A stretch of 64,000 nt of DNA, taken from contig JAZRUV010000008.1 of assembly GCA_045652705.1 (NCBI GenBank), forward strand, positions 24,620 through 88,619. The letters are read 5' to 3'. The DNA is from Clostridia bacterium. GTDB taxonomy: Bacteria; Bacillota; Clostridia; TANB77; CAG-465. Positions 1 through 9,100 of this stretch are shown piece by piece (within the stretch, counting starts at the first letter, position 1; each line of letters opens with the position of its first letter). The notes beneath the pieces were generated by a model. That model worked only from the letters and a program-made list of their open reading frames with translations, was not told the DNA's origin and searched no databases. The position numbers and the translations under genes were made by a program.

Positions 1-99
1 ACTTTCATTTTCTTGGATGAAATAGTATAGGTAGGGTGGTAGGCAAGTATTGCTTATCGCCTTTTTCTTGATTAAATATTAAATAAAGGGGGTATTTTA

Positions 100-540
100 A
101 TGTTAACACCAGTAGATGTTGAAAATAAGGTTTTTAAAAAAACTAAAATCGGAGGATATGACATTAATGATGTTGAAGATTTTTTAGAAAAGTTAATAGT
201 GGATTATGAGGCTGTATTTAAAGAGGTAACAGAATTAAAAGATAAATGTGAGAACCTTCAAGAATCAGTTAAATATTATAAATCATTGGAACAAGGAATT
301 GAACAAAGTATTAATAACGCAAGAGACGAAGCAGAACAAATAAAAGCAAGAGCATTAGATGAGGCTCAGGAAATTAGAGAAAGAAAAGAAAAAGAATACA
401 AAAACAGATTATCTGAACTAGACTTAGAAGTTAAGAGAAAAGAATATGATTTAGAAGAAATAAAAAAAGAGATGCAAATATATAAAATTAAAGTTAAATC
501 TATGCTTGAAGCACAACTTAAAATATTAGATGAAGAATAA
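100..540 (+). CDS. divIVA: DivIVA-domain cell-division protein
   Basis: N-terminus MLTPVDVENKVFKKTKIGGYDINDVEDFLEKL matches the conserved DivIVA N-terminal pattern (LTP.D...K.F....GYD..EV..FL). An E/K-rich coiled-coil-like region follows. G-rich RBS upstream. Confidence 0.8.
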   Translation: MLTPVDVENKVFKKTKIGGYDINDVEDFLEKLIVDYEAVFKEVTELKDKCENLQESVKYYKSLEQGIEQSINNARDEAEQIKARALDEAQEIRERKEKEYKNRLSELDLEVKRKEYDLEEIKKEMQIYKIKVKSMLEAQLKILDEE

Positions 541-558
541 AAATGTAAAAATAATATG

Positions 559-599
559 ACAAACAAAGTAGTATATACTATTTTGTTTGTTGTTTGTTT
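559..599 (+). terminator. Putative rho-independent terminator after divIVA
   Basis: acaaacaaa (559-567) pairs with tttgtttgt (582-590), followed by T-rich tgtttgttt. The 14-nt loop is rather large. Confidence 0.4.
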
Positions 600-623
600 A
601 GGGGGTGGAATTTACATATTTTC

Positions 624-651
624 TTGACTTTTCACACATTTGTGGTAATAT
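624..651 (+). promoter_or_regulatory. Sigma-A-type promoter upstream of small ORF/valS
   Basis: TTGACT (624-629), 16-nt spacer, TAATAT (646-651) with a TGg extended -10. Confidence 0.4.
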
Positions 652-686
652 TATATATGTAATATTTTAGTTTTTAGGGTGAAATA

Positions 687-860
687 ATGAGTGAAAGTAT
701 AATAAATATATTAGCACTAATATTTTTATGTGTTGGTGTTTTTTGTATATTTTGGAAAAGAGACATATTAAAGGATAAAACTAGTAATAAATTTTTGACT
801 ACTAGTGGTTTTGTCGTCTCTGTCATTTCGCTTGTAGTAATATATTTTGTAAATTATTAA
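687..860 (+). CDS. Small hydrophobic membrane protein (57 aa), not in ORF track
   Basis: Hand translation: MSESIINILALIFLCVGVFCIFWKRDILKDKTSNKFLTTSGFVVSVISLVVIYFVNY*. It has two hydrophobic segments and lies between the promoter and valS. RBS is weak (agggtgaaataATG). Confidence 0.35.
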   Translation: MSESIINILALIFLCVGVFCIFWKRDILKDKTSNKFLTTSGFVVSVISLVVIYFVNY

Positions 861-886
861 TTTAATTAGGTAAAGGAGTAAATAAA

Positions 887-3484
887 ATGAATTTAGGAAC
901 TAGATATAACCCAGGAGAAATAGAAGAAAGAATATATGAAAATTGGGAAAGTAAAGGGTATTTTAAACCACAAATAGATAAGAATGTAAAACCATATACA
1001 ATAGTTATCCCACCACCAAATGTAACAGGACAACTACATATGGGACACGCATTAGATGATACGATACAAGACGTATTAATAAGATATAACAGAATGAAAG
1101 GTGTTCCAACGTTATGGGTACCAGGAACAGACCACGCAAGTATAGCAACAGAAGTTAAAGTTGTTGAAAAACTAGCAAAAGAAGGTAAGACTAAAGAAGA
1201 ATTAGGTAGAGAAGGGTTCCTTAAAGAAGCTTGGGCTTGGAAAGAACTTTATGGTGGAAGAATTACAACTCAACTTAGAAAATTAGGTTGTTCTTGTGAT
1301 TGGTCGCGTGAGCGTTTCACAATGGATGAAGGACTAACAAGAGCTGTTGAATATGTATTCGTTAAATTATATGAAAAAGGCCTTATATACCAAGGTAAGA
1401 GAATAGTTAACTGGTGTACTTGCTGTAAAACATCAATTTCAGATAATGAAGTTGAATATGAAGCAGATAAATCCCATTTATGGCATATTAGATACCAAGT
1501 AGAAGGAACTAACGATTATGTTGTAGTTGCAACTACAAGACCTGAAACAATGTTAGGTGATACAGCTGTTGCAGTACATCCTGAAGATGAGAGATATGAA
1601 GCAATTGTTGGTAAGAATGTTATTCTTCCAATAATAAATAAGGCAATACCAGTTGTTGCAGATACATATGTTGAGAAAGATTTTGGAACAGGTGCGGTTA
1701 AGATTACTCCAGCTCACGACCCTAATGACTATGAATTGGGACTAAGACATAATCTAGAAGTTATTTCTGTAATAAATGAAGATGGAACTATTGCTGAAGG
1801 TTATGGTAAATATACAGGTATGACTCGTGAAGAGGCTAGAGTAGAAATAGTTAAAGAACTTGAAGAAATTGGGGCTTTAGTTAAAACGGAAGATTATGAA
1901 CACAACGTTGGTAAATGCTATAGATGTAAAACAATAGTAGAACCATATGCTTCAAAACAATGGTTTGTAAAAATGGAAGAGCTTGCTCGTCCTGCAATTG
2001 AAGCGGTTAAGAATAAGGAAACAAGATTTATACCAGAGAGATTTGAAAAAATATATATGAATTGGATGGAAAACATTCGTGACTGGTGTATTTCAAGACA
2101 ACTATGGTGGGGCCACAGAATCCCAGCATATTACTGTGAAAAGTGTGGAAAAACTATAGTACAAATGGGACATCCTGTTCAGTGCAGTTGTGGTGGAAAC
2201 CTTGTTCAAGATGAAGACTGTTTAGATACTTGGTTTAGCTCAGCGCTATGGCCATTTAGTACACTAGGTTGGCCGGATAAAACAGAAGATTTAGAATATT
2301 TCTATCCTACAACAACCCTTGTTACTGGTTATGATATTATAACATTCTGGGTATCTAAAATGATATTTAGCGCTATAGAGCATACAGGTGAAGTACCATT
2401 TAAAGATGTATTTATTCATGGACTTGTTAGGGATGCTCAGGGAAGAAAAATGTCTAAGAGCTTAGGTAACGGAATTGACCCACTTGAAGTTATGAAAGAA
2501 TACGGAACAGATGCATTAAGGTTTTCATTAATACAAAACATAGCGCCAGGTAATGATATTCGTTATATACCGGAAAAGGTTGAAGCAGGACGTAACTTTG
2601 CAAATAAACTTTGGAATGCTTCAAGATTCAGTCTAACATATATTGAGAAAATGCCAAACGTAGAGATAGATGAAACTAAACTTTATCCAGAAGACAAATG
2701 GATTTTAAGCAAACTATCTCAAACAATAACAAGTGTTAGAGAAAATATTGAAAAATATGAAATAGGTGTTGCATTAAATACAATATATGATTTTGCTTGG
2801 TCAGACTTCTGTGATTTATATATAGAAATGGTTAAACCAAGATTATATAACGAAACAAGTGAAGGATACGAAGCGGCGGTTGCTACATTAAAATATGTGT
2901 TAGTTAATATATTAAAATTAATACATCCATATATGCCATATATAACAGAAGAGATATATTCTAATTTAGAGACAGGAGATGAAGCGTTAATAATCGCTAA
3001 ATACCCTGAAGCTAAATATAACTTTGAACAAGATGAAAAGTTTGAACAAGAATTAATTGATGTAATACGTGAAGTTAGAAATGCTCGTGCAAATGCTGGG
3101 CTTACAAACTCTAAAAAGATAAATATGACTATATATAGCGAAAACTATTTAGAGAATATTGAAAAATCTGTAGAAATGCTTAAAAAGTTGCTATCTGTTG
3201 ACGAATTAACTATAGCAAAAACTACCGGGCTTGAAGGAGAACATATACATACGCAAAACATAGATCTAGTAGTTGACTTATCTGTTGGAGTAAACAAAGA
3301 GGAGCAAATTGCTAAAGTTAAAGCTGAAATAGCTAAAGCGCAAGGCGAACTAAAAAGAGCACAAGGTATGCTTGCAAATGAAAAATTTGTATCTAAAGCA
3401 CCTGCAGAATTAATTGAAGCAGAAAAAGAAAAAGTTAAGAAATATACTGAGCTTATAGCAAAACTGGAAGATAGTATAAAATAA
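887..3484 (+). CDS. valS: Valine--tRNA ligase
   Basis: 865 aa. Class I HIGH motif (PPPNVTGQLHMGHAL), KMSKS motif (KMSKSLGN) and the C-terminal coiled coil typical of ValRS. AAAGGAG RBS. Confidence 0.97.
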   Translation: MNLGTRYNPGEIEERIYENWESKGYFKPQIDKNVKPYTIVIPPPNVTGQLHMGHALDDTIQDVLIRYNRMKGVPTLWVPGTDHASIATEVKVVEKLAKEGKTKEELGREGFLKEAWAWKELYGGRITTQLRKLGCSCDWSRERFTMDEGLTRAVEYVFVKLYEKGLIYQGKRIVNWCTCCKTSISDNEVEYEADKSHLWHIRYQVEGTNDYVVVATTRPETMLGDTAVAVHPEDERYEAIVGKNVILPIINKAIPVVADTYVEKDFGTGAVKITPAHDPNDYELGLRHNLEVISVINEDGTIAEGYGKYTGMTREEARVEIVKELEEIGALVKTEDYEHNVGKCYRCKTIVEPYASKQWFVKMEELARPAIEAVKNKETRFIPERFEKIYMNWMENIRDWCISRQLWWGHRIPAYYCEKCGKTIVQMGHPVQCSCGGNLVQDEDCLDTWFSSALWPFSTLGWPDKTEDLEYFYPTTTLVTGYDIITFWVSKMIFSAIEHTGEVPFKDVFIHGLVRDAQGRKMSKSLGNGIDPLEVMKEYGTDALRFSLIQNIAPGNDIRYIPEKVEAGRNFANKLWNASRFSLTYIEKMPNVEIDETKLYPEDKWILSKLSQTITSVRENIEKYEIGVALNTIYDFAWSDFCDLYIEMVKPRLYNETSEGYEAAVATLKYVLVNILKLIHPYMPYITEEIYSNLETGDEALIIAKYPEAKYNFEQDEKFEQELIDVIREVRNARANAGLTNSKKINMTIYSENYLENIEKSVEMLKKLLSVDELTIAKTTGLEGEHIHTQNIDLVVDLSVGVNKEEQIAKVKAEIAKAQGELKRAQGMLANEKFVSKAPAELIEAEKEKVKKYTELIAKLEDSIK

Positions 3485-3492
3485 ATATAAAA

Positions 3493-3522
3493 GAAACGAC
3501 CTCAAATTAATGAGGTCGTTTT
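3493..3522. terminator. Bidirectional terminator shared by valS and the convergent 190-aa gene
   Basis: acgacctca (3496-3504) pairs with tgaggtcgt (3511-3519). Flanked by an A-run and a T-run. The stop codon of the minus-strand gene lies in the loop/stem. Confidence 0.75.
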
Positions 3523-4079
3523 GTGGGCCATTCAACAGAATGGTTCCGGTTGATGATAGTCAAATCTCTACTATATGCATCACACACAAGAATGTAGTTG
3601 AAGATGTGGTAATGAGCCAAACAGTACTTTGTAATCTCTTCTGTGTAGAATTTATGGTTTTCTAGAGCTTCGTCATTACGGGCGATTCTAAACTCGACGT
3701 TGTAGCAGGGGGTGTAGTGCACAAATATGGTTTCGCCAAGCCGCTTTCCGAAGTTTTTAGCATATATATTGCATAGAGTTTTGGCAACTTTTTTTAAGAA
3801 TTTGTTATTCTTAAAAGCTGGAGGAATTTCTGCAAAGAGTAGGGGGATGCTATCAACGGTCATTCTTTCATTATCGTTGGTGATCCACCACGCTGTCCGA
3901 ATGTTATTTGTGTTGATAAAATGAATGCCGTAAGTAACAGCCTGTTCATAGTCTTTCTTAGGGACGTATAATGTGTCGTATCCAAGATAATTGTCGCGCT
4001 CTACCTTGAATTGGTTTGCCAGGAACCGTTCGACTTTTTTGCAATCATCCCGGTTAATGAACATAAAACAAAGTTTCAT
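3507..4079 (-). CDS. Hypothetical protein (190 aa), GC-richer orphan
   Basis: Long ORF with AAAGGAG RBS, its own TTGACA-17-TATAAT promoter and a terminator. I recognise no family motif. Confidence 0.6.
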   Translation of the reverse strand: MKLCFMFINRDDCKKVERFLANQFKVERDNYLGYDTLYVPKKDYEQAVTYGIHFINTNNIRTAWWITNDNERMTVDSIPLLFAEIPPAFKNNKFLKKVAKTLCNIYAKNFGKRLGETIFVHYTPCYNVEFRIARNDEALENHKFYTEEITKYCLAHYHIFNYILVCDAYSRDLTIINRNHSVEWPTKRPH

Positions 4080-4130
4080 AGTAAATACTCCTTTATAGTT
4101 AAAAAGATTTTAAGTGTGTTCAACAATTAA

Positions 4131-4159
4131 ATTATACCATAAAATTAAATTTATGTCAA
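4131..4159 (-). promoter_or_regulatory. Sigma-A promoter for the 190-aa gene
   Basis: On the minus strand: TTGACA (4154-4159), 17 nt, TATAAT (4131-4136) with a TGg extended -10. Confidence 0.55.
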
Positions 4160-4163
4160 CTTA

Positions 4164-4202
4164 ACAAAAAAATACACCTTAATCATTAGATTAAGGTGTA
4201 TT
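4164..4202 (-). terminator. Rho-independent terminator of the 118-aa gene
   Basis: Perfect 14-bp stem aatacaccttaatc / gattaaggtgtatt (4171-4202) with loop atta. Followed on the minus strand by a T-run (rc of aacaaaaaa). Confidence 0.75.
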
Positions 4203-4220
4203 GCAGCATGGTAGCTCATA

Positions 4221-4577
4221 TTATTCTTCCAATTCGAGGTTGGAAATGAGAGGCCATTCTTCTTCGACGAAGTAGTTTCCAGCATCATAAGAATGCTTGT
4301 TAGCATGGGGTACAACTTCAACGATTACTTCGGGGTGCCAAATACCGGCACAGTAGCGTTTGGTGTGCACGACAGAGACGACATCATAGGAATGTTCGCT
4401 ATCAATGCAAACGGTTTCGCCTATTCTAGGGATGATATCCAAAGAGTATGACATAAATCCTTCGATATGGCGTGCTTTCATTTTGACTATTTTCTTAAAA
4501 TTGGGTGATGCGGGGTCAAGACATCTTTCTACTATCCGTTCCCTCAAAGTTACGAATAACATTTCTTTTTCCTCCAT
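4221..4577 (-). CDS. Hypothetical protein (118 aa), GC-richer orphan
   Basis: ORF with GGAGG RBS (taatGGAGGaaaaagaaATG on the minus strand) and its own terminator. No recognisable motif. Confidence 0.55.
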   Translation of the reverse strand: MEEKEMLFVTLRERIVERCLDPASPNFKKIVKMKARHIEGFMSYSLDIIPRIGETVCIDSEHSYDVVSVVHTKRYCAGIWHPEVIVEVVPHANKHSYDAGNYFVEEEWPLISNLELEE

Positions 4578-4682
4578 TATAAATTATTATTTTTGGTTGA
4601 CGTCAAAAAGCATACATATTATATCATATGTGTCAAGCACCCAAAATATTCCAAAAAATAGAAAAATAGCAAAATAAATTTG

Positions 4683-5552
4683 CTATATTCCCGGCATTCC
4701 TTCTCTATACTGACCTCTAGTTTGTACACCACCAATACCTTTTAAACCTTCACGAGTATTTGAAATTATACTAGCTAAAGGTGCAAACTTATCTACTGGA
4801 GTGTATGCAACTGTTTGCGCTACTATTATAGGGTCAAGCATATCTATTAAAACTCGTTTAGGGGCACTTGCAAAATTAGCTCCTGCACTTATAATAGCCT
4901 CATAATATGACTGACAAGCACCAGCAAATATTACAAGGTTGTCTAAAGAATGTTCGTATCGTCTAGCTTCTAGTACGCTTTCTATAAAATACCTAGAGTT
5001 TTTGTAATTATCTATATTATATATATCACTTTTTTTTCGGATAAATGCATCGTGGCCAGTAAGAACTAATATATTTGGCCTAATTCTCGTTAGAAGACTA
5101 TAAATATGCTTAGGCTGTTCTTGTTCTTTAATGTTATATACATGAGCTACGATTCCCATTTTCTTATACATATCCTTACACTTTAATGCATATTCTGGGT
5201 CGCCATCAATATGTAATACTACTCCGGGTTTTTTCAAAATTTCATCTTTAGAATACATATAAGAAGGATTATCTCTACTCGTATAATAACTATTTCTAAT
5301 ATTAAATCTATTTGTAACTCCCGAATATGAACGAGAGAGTCTTGTTCTAGAGTTTTTTTCTATATCACTAAGCATACGTTTAGCTTCATTATCCGTTATA
5401 AGTCTAAGATCATATATAGGGGCGTCGGCAAGTATTCTGACAGTAATTCCAACAAGGTCTGCCATATCACCATTTAATCGTTGTATTTTAAATAAAACAT
5501 CATAGTTATATGATTTTCTTGCTACAATATCTCCAATTTTAAAATTCGGCAT
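4683..5552 (-). CDS. yabG: Sporulation-specific protease YabG (peptidase U57)
   Basis: MPNFKIGDIVARKSYNYDVLFKIQRL...LADAPIYDLRL matches the YabG N-terminus and the length is typical. I place the start at the ATG at 5552 (AGAGGTGA RBS), not the track start at 5603. Confidence 0.8.
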   Translation of the reverse strand: MPNFKIGDIVARKSYNYDVLFKIQRLNGDMADLVGITVRILADAPIYDLRLITDNEAKRMLSDIEKNSRTRLSRSYSGVTNRFNIRNSYYTSRDNPSYMYSKDEILKKPGVVLHIDGDPEYALKCKDMYKKMGIVAHVYNIKEQEQPKHIYSLLTRIRPNILVLTGHDAFIRKKSDIYNIDNYKNSRYFIESVLEARRYEHSLDNLVIFAGACQSYYEAIISAGANFASAPKRVLIDMLDPIIVAQTVAYTPVDKFAPLASIISNTREGLKGIGGVQTRGQYREGMPGI

Positions 5553-5611
5553 AAAAATCACCTCTAAGGTATTGTATGCTAAATTTTTAAATTTGCTATA
5601 CAAACAAAATG

Positions 5612-5641
5612 AAAGACGGTTAGCATTTGCTAACCGTCTTT
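5612..5641 (-). terminator. Terminator downstream of the zinc-ribbon gene
   Basis: aaagacggttagca / tgctaaccgtcttt near-perfect palindrome, followed on the minus strand by cattttgtttg. Confidence 0.6.
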
Positions 5642-5648
5642 ATAGGGA

Positions 5649-6071
5649 TTACTTATTCAGTTTTGTGCCACACTTGTGACAGAAATCATTTTCCTTAGGC
5701 TGGGGGGTGCCGCACTTGTGACAGAAGCAGTTTGCTGTAGGAACTTGTTCCTCTGCTTCTGGCTGCAGATCAATATCCGGTTCCTCTTGGGGAGCAGTAA
5801 TCTCTTCATACTGTTCTTCCAAAGCAGCAAGCTTAGCTGCCGCCGCGGCGATATCTGCCGTGATCTCCGGCTTGGGGCGTACGCCTGCCAGTTCTGCGTT
5901 GCCGTGATAAGTCAAGCGACCGAGTTCAGCAAACAGATCATTGACTGCAAGCTTCTGAGCCTGGATATCCTGACTCAGCTGAAACCGTTCACAACCATTT
6001 TCCACTGCTGTCTGAGCCTTAGAGAAAAGACTTTCAGCCTTTTTGCCCAAATCCTCAAAAAATTTACCCAT
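5649..6071 (-). CDS. Zinc-ribbon domain protein (helical N-terminus, acidic linker, C-terminal double CxxC)
   Basis: C-terminus CFCHKCGTPQPKENDFCHKCGTKLNK has two CxxC knuckles. Very GC-rich relative to the backbone: my hand count for the 60-nt line starting at 5821 is 38/60 G+C. GGAGG RBS. Confidence 0.7.
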   Translation of the reverse strand: MGKFFEDLGKKAESLFSKAQTAVENGCERFQLSQDIQAQKLAVNDLFAELGRLTYHGNAELAGVRPKPEITADIAAAAAKLAALEEQYEEITAPQEEPDIDLQPEAEEQVPTANCFCHKCGTPQPKENDFCHKCGTKLNK

Positions 6072-6121
6072 AATTTATTCCTCCTAAAATTTTATTTGGT
6101 TTTTGAGTTGTGCTGATAAAT

Positions 6122-6150
6122 ATTATATCACAAAACCCTTGATGAATCAA
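6122..6150 (-). promoter_or_regulatory. Putative promoter for the zinc-ribbon gene
   Basis: Minus strand TTGATT (6145-6150), 17 nt, TATAAT (6122-6127), preceded by TGTGA (TRTGn extended -10). The -35 overlaps the stop codon of the 1542-aa gene. Confidence 0.45.
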
Positions 6151-9100
6151 GACTTGATGTACATATACGCCTTGTCTTTGCTGCAGATGACGAACCTATT
6201 TGCTTTACGTTCAATTAAACAGCCTTGGGCTGCAAACTGAGATGTAAACTCTTTCTTAGTACCATCTATTACGTTATAGAAGTAAATAGTATCGCCAATC
6301 ATATAGTACAGCGTATTCTTGTAGAAGCAACTAGTGTTAGAAATCTCTTCTTTCAAGTTGAATACTGAATGTGAACCATCACTTGAAATCAAAACACCTT
6401 TTGTTTGATGACAGCCAGAAAGGAGTACTAAATAGTTACCAGACTCACTATCATAAAACAGACGTGATTGCATATTTTCACCTAAGCCTATGGTATCAAC
6501 TGAGGTCAACTGTTCCAAGTTACAATAAATGTGAACAAAGAATCTATCCTTTACCAAGAAGATAAACTTACGCTCATCTGTTACTAAGAAATCGAAAGGT
6601 GACAGAGTCGATGAGTTAACAACAATTCCGTCAGATTCCTGTTGTGACCTGCTACCGATTTGTTTTACGTGCACATTATTATCCGAAGAAGAAATGTAGT
6701 ATAGATTATTATTTGATGCATATACAACATCTTCTTTTGAAAGAGCACTATAGATATTGAATTTACCAGTAGTATCATTTAAAACAACGGAGTTATTAGG
6801 CGTGGTGAGAATGATGTAGTTGCCTGTTATTTTGCAAGAAATTGTACCAGAGGAAAATCTCAACAATTTGCGTTCGCACCATAAGAGGTAGCCAGAAGTA
6901 TCAATATAAGTGTGATAACTTAGGGCAAAACGACAAGGAGATAAACGCTTAACTTCTGTAAATTTCATTGCGTTGCTAGGGTTAGGGGTATCCAGTGAGG
7001 TTTTGAATTGTTCAAGGATAGCTCGCATACTTTCACGCTTTTTGCCTTCAAAAGTACTCTTAAAAAACTGAACAAGTTGTCTTGGCATGAAGTCCCAACC
7101 AATACTAATGTTAGGAACTTTAATACCATGATTTCCTAGTACAGATTTTCTGAGTTTCATTCTTGTTATTTCATCAGAGGGCACAAATTTAGAGCTAGAA
7201 ATGCCTCTAAACGGGTGCGAATAGGTGAAATAATAGAATGCTTGAATGGCAAGAGAATACCAATCATCAGCCTTTGTGATGTTTTTGTTTTCAGCTGATG
7301 GCGGGTATATATACATGTCTGTAAATACGAAATTCTTGACATTATCAAAACTCATACCGTCCATATCGATAAAGTAGACAGTCTTACCTTTTATTAAGAT
7401 ATTACCACCATTGAGGTCACCGATATATCCACCAATAGAATGGAGAAATTCGATGCCTATGCATACTTTAATGAGAATATCTACGATGTCAGCTCTAGTA
7501 TAACCTTTGCTTGCAACAAAATCCTTATCTTTAAGACAAGAAATTTTGAAAGACCCATCAATATCCTGTTGGACAAATCCTTTGAGTTTTATACTAGTTC
7601 CATTTGACTCATACTGTACCTCGTCAATGGTAACAAACTTAATATCAGAATGCTCATCGTTAAACGACTTAAACTGAGCTCTTTTTTGAAGTGCCTTTCC
7701 AAGTATTTTAGACTTGAATACTAAATCAACACCGGGTTTAAATAACTTTACAATCTTTCCGCCCTTATAGGGGTAGAGTGTCGCTTCTCCTCCTTCAAAA
7801 GCTGGCTTGTCTTTTTGGAACTGTTCGAAATGACTTGCTGGAAAAACAATAATGTCATCAACACTAATGCCGTCAGCAAGACACAAAGGACAGAGCGTAT
7901 TTTTGCTTGAAAATGGAATGTTGTGTACATTACAAAAAGCAGAAATGCACTCTTCCAAGATGGAGGTAGTGAACTTCAAATTTTCGATGTCTTGAATAAG
8001 ATTATATACCTCAGAACCTTTTACAGTACTGGTAGTATTTAGCATCGAATCAGACATAATGTAACCCACTAAGAATTCACCAAACGCCAATAATGTTTTG
8101 TGCATTGCATCTTTATCTTTAGCTAAAATAGCTTCACAATTCATAAAGGGGAGTTTGAAAATGATAAGTTCACCCTTATAATCTTTGTGCATACAAATAG
8201 AACTAAAGAAATCCTTATCATCAGTGATGCATGAACCGTTCAAGATGAGCGGAAGCAACTTCTTGTACATAACAAGTATGACTTGAAGTCGTTGCCTAGA
8301 TTCAAATAAGGATATTGGCAAAATGTTTTCAAAGTTAAATCTTGCCTTCTCAAAGTACACTACGCCAACAACTTTGTTGCCTTTAAGCGCTAACGAATCG
8401 GGCTGAAAGAAGAAGTGGTTAAACAAACCATGTTCAATACCAATTTTACACTGTTTAATAATCCTAGGATTCAGTGTTAAACCAAAGTGGTTACCAATAA
8501 GTGAATTACGGTAATTTGTTTCATGAAAATGCCACTCATCGTCACCGTAAATCTGGCGTGACGAGAATTGGTTAGTAACACAAAAAATCTTTCTACATTC
8601 AGGGCAAAGAGAACCTTCAATGTAGTACAGATTATGCTCTTTGCAAAGCAAAACGTTATTTGCTGTACTCCTATGACCATTATCGTAAAGTTCGCTATAC
8701 GAAAAAACTTCAAATGGCATATTTGTATCGCGATGGAAGTTTAACGCATTAAACAGATTTTTAAAGTGAGTCTCAAGATTAATTCCTGCGTTATATTGAG
8801 AATGCTTTAGCCAGTTGTTATTAAGGAAAACATTGTAATCCGGATCTACTAACATTTGGCATATATTGCTTTCATCAATTATCCAACCGTGATTTTGTTG
8901 GATAGATAACAAAGAAGAGAGCAACTTATAAAAAACTGCAGTGTCAACTTTACCATCTTGGATGAGCTTACCTATAGTGGTAAGATTTAACTTGTTCCAA
9001 ACAACGCCAACAATTTGGTAGCTATTTGCAACACATAAATCTCTACTTACAATCACTTTGGAAGGATGCAAGTAAAAGTCTTCTGTGTTGGCAAATATTT

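Noticed and set aside
5676-6116. Plus-strand 146-aa ORF opposite the zinc-ribbon gene
   Set aside because: The minus-strand frame has a GGAGG RBS and a clear CxxC zinc-ribbon motif. The plus-strand translation is low-complexity and lacks an RBS.
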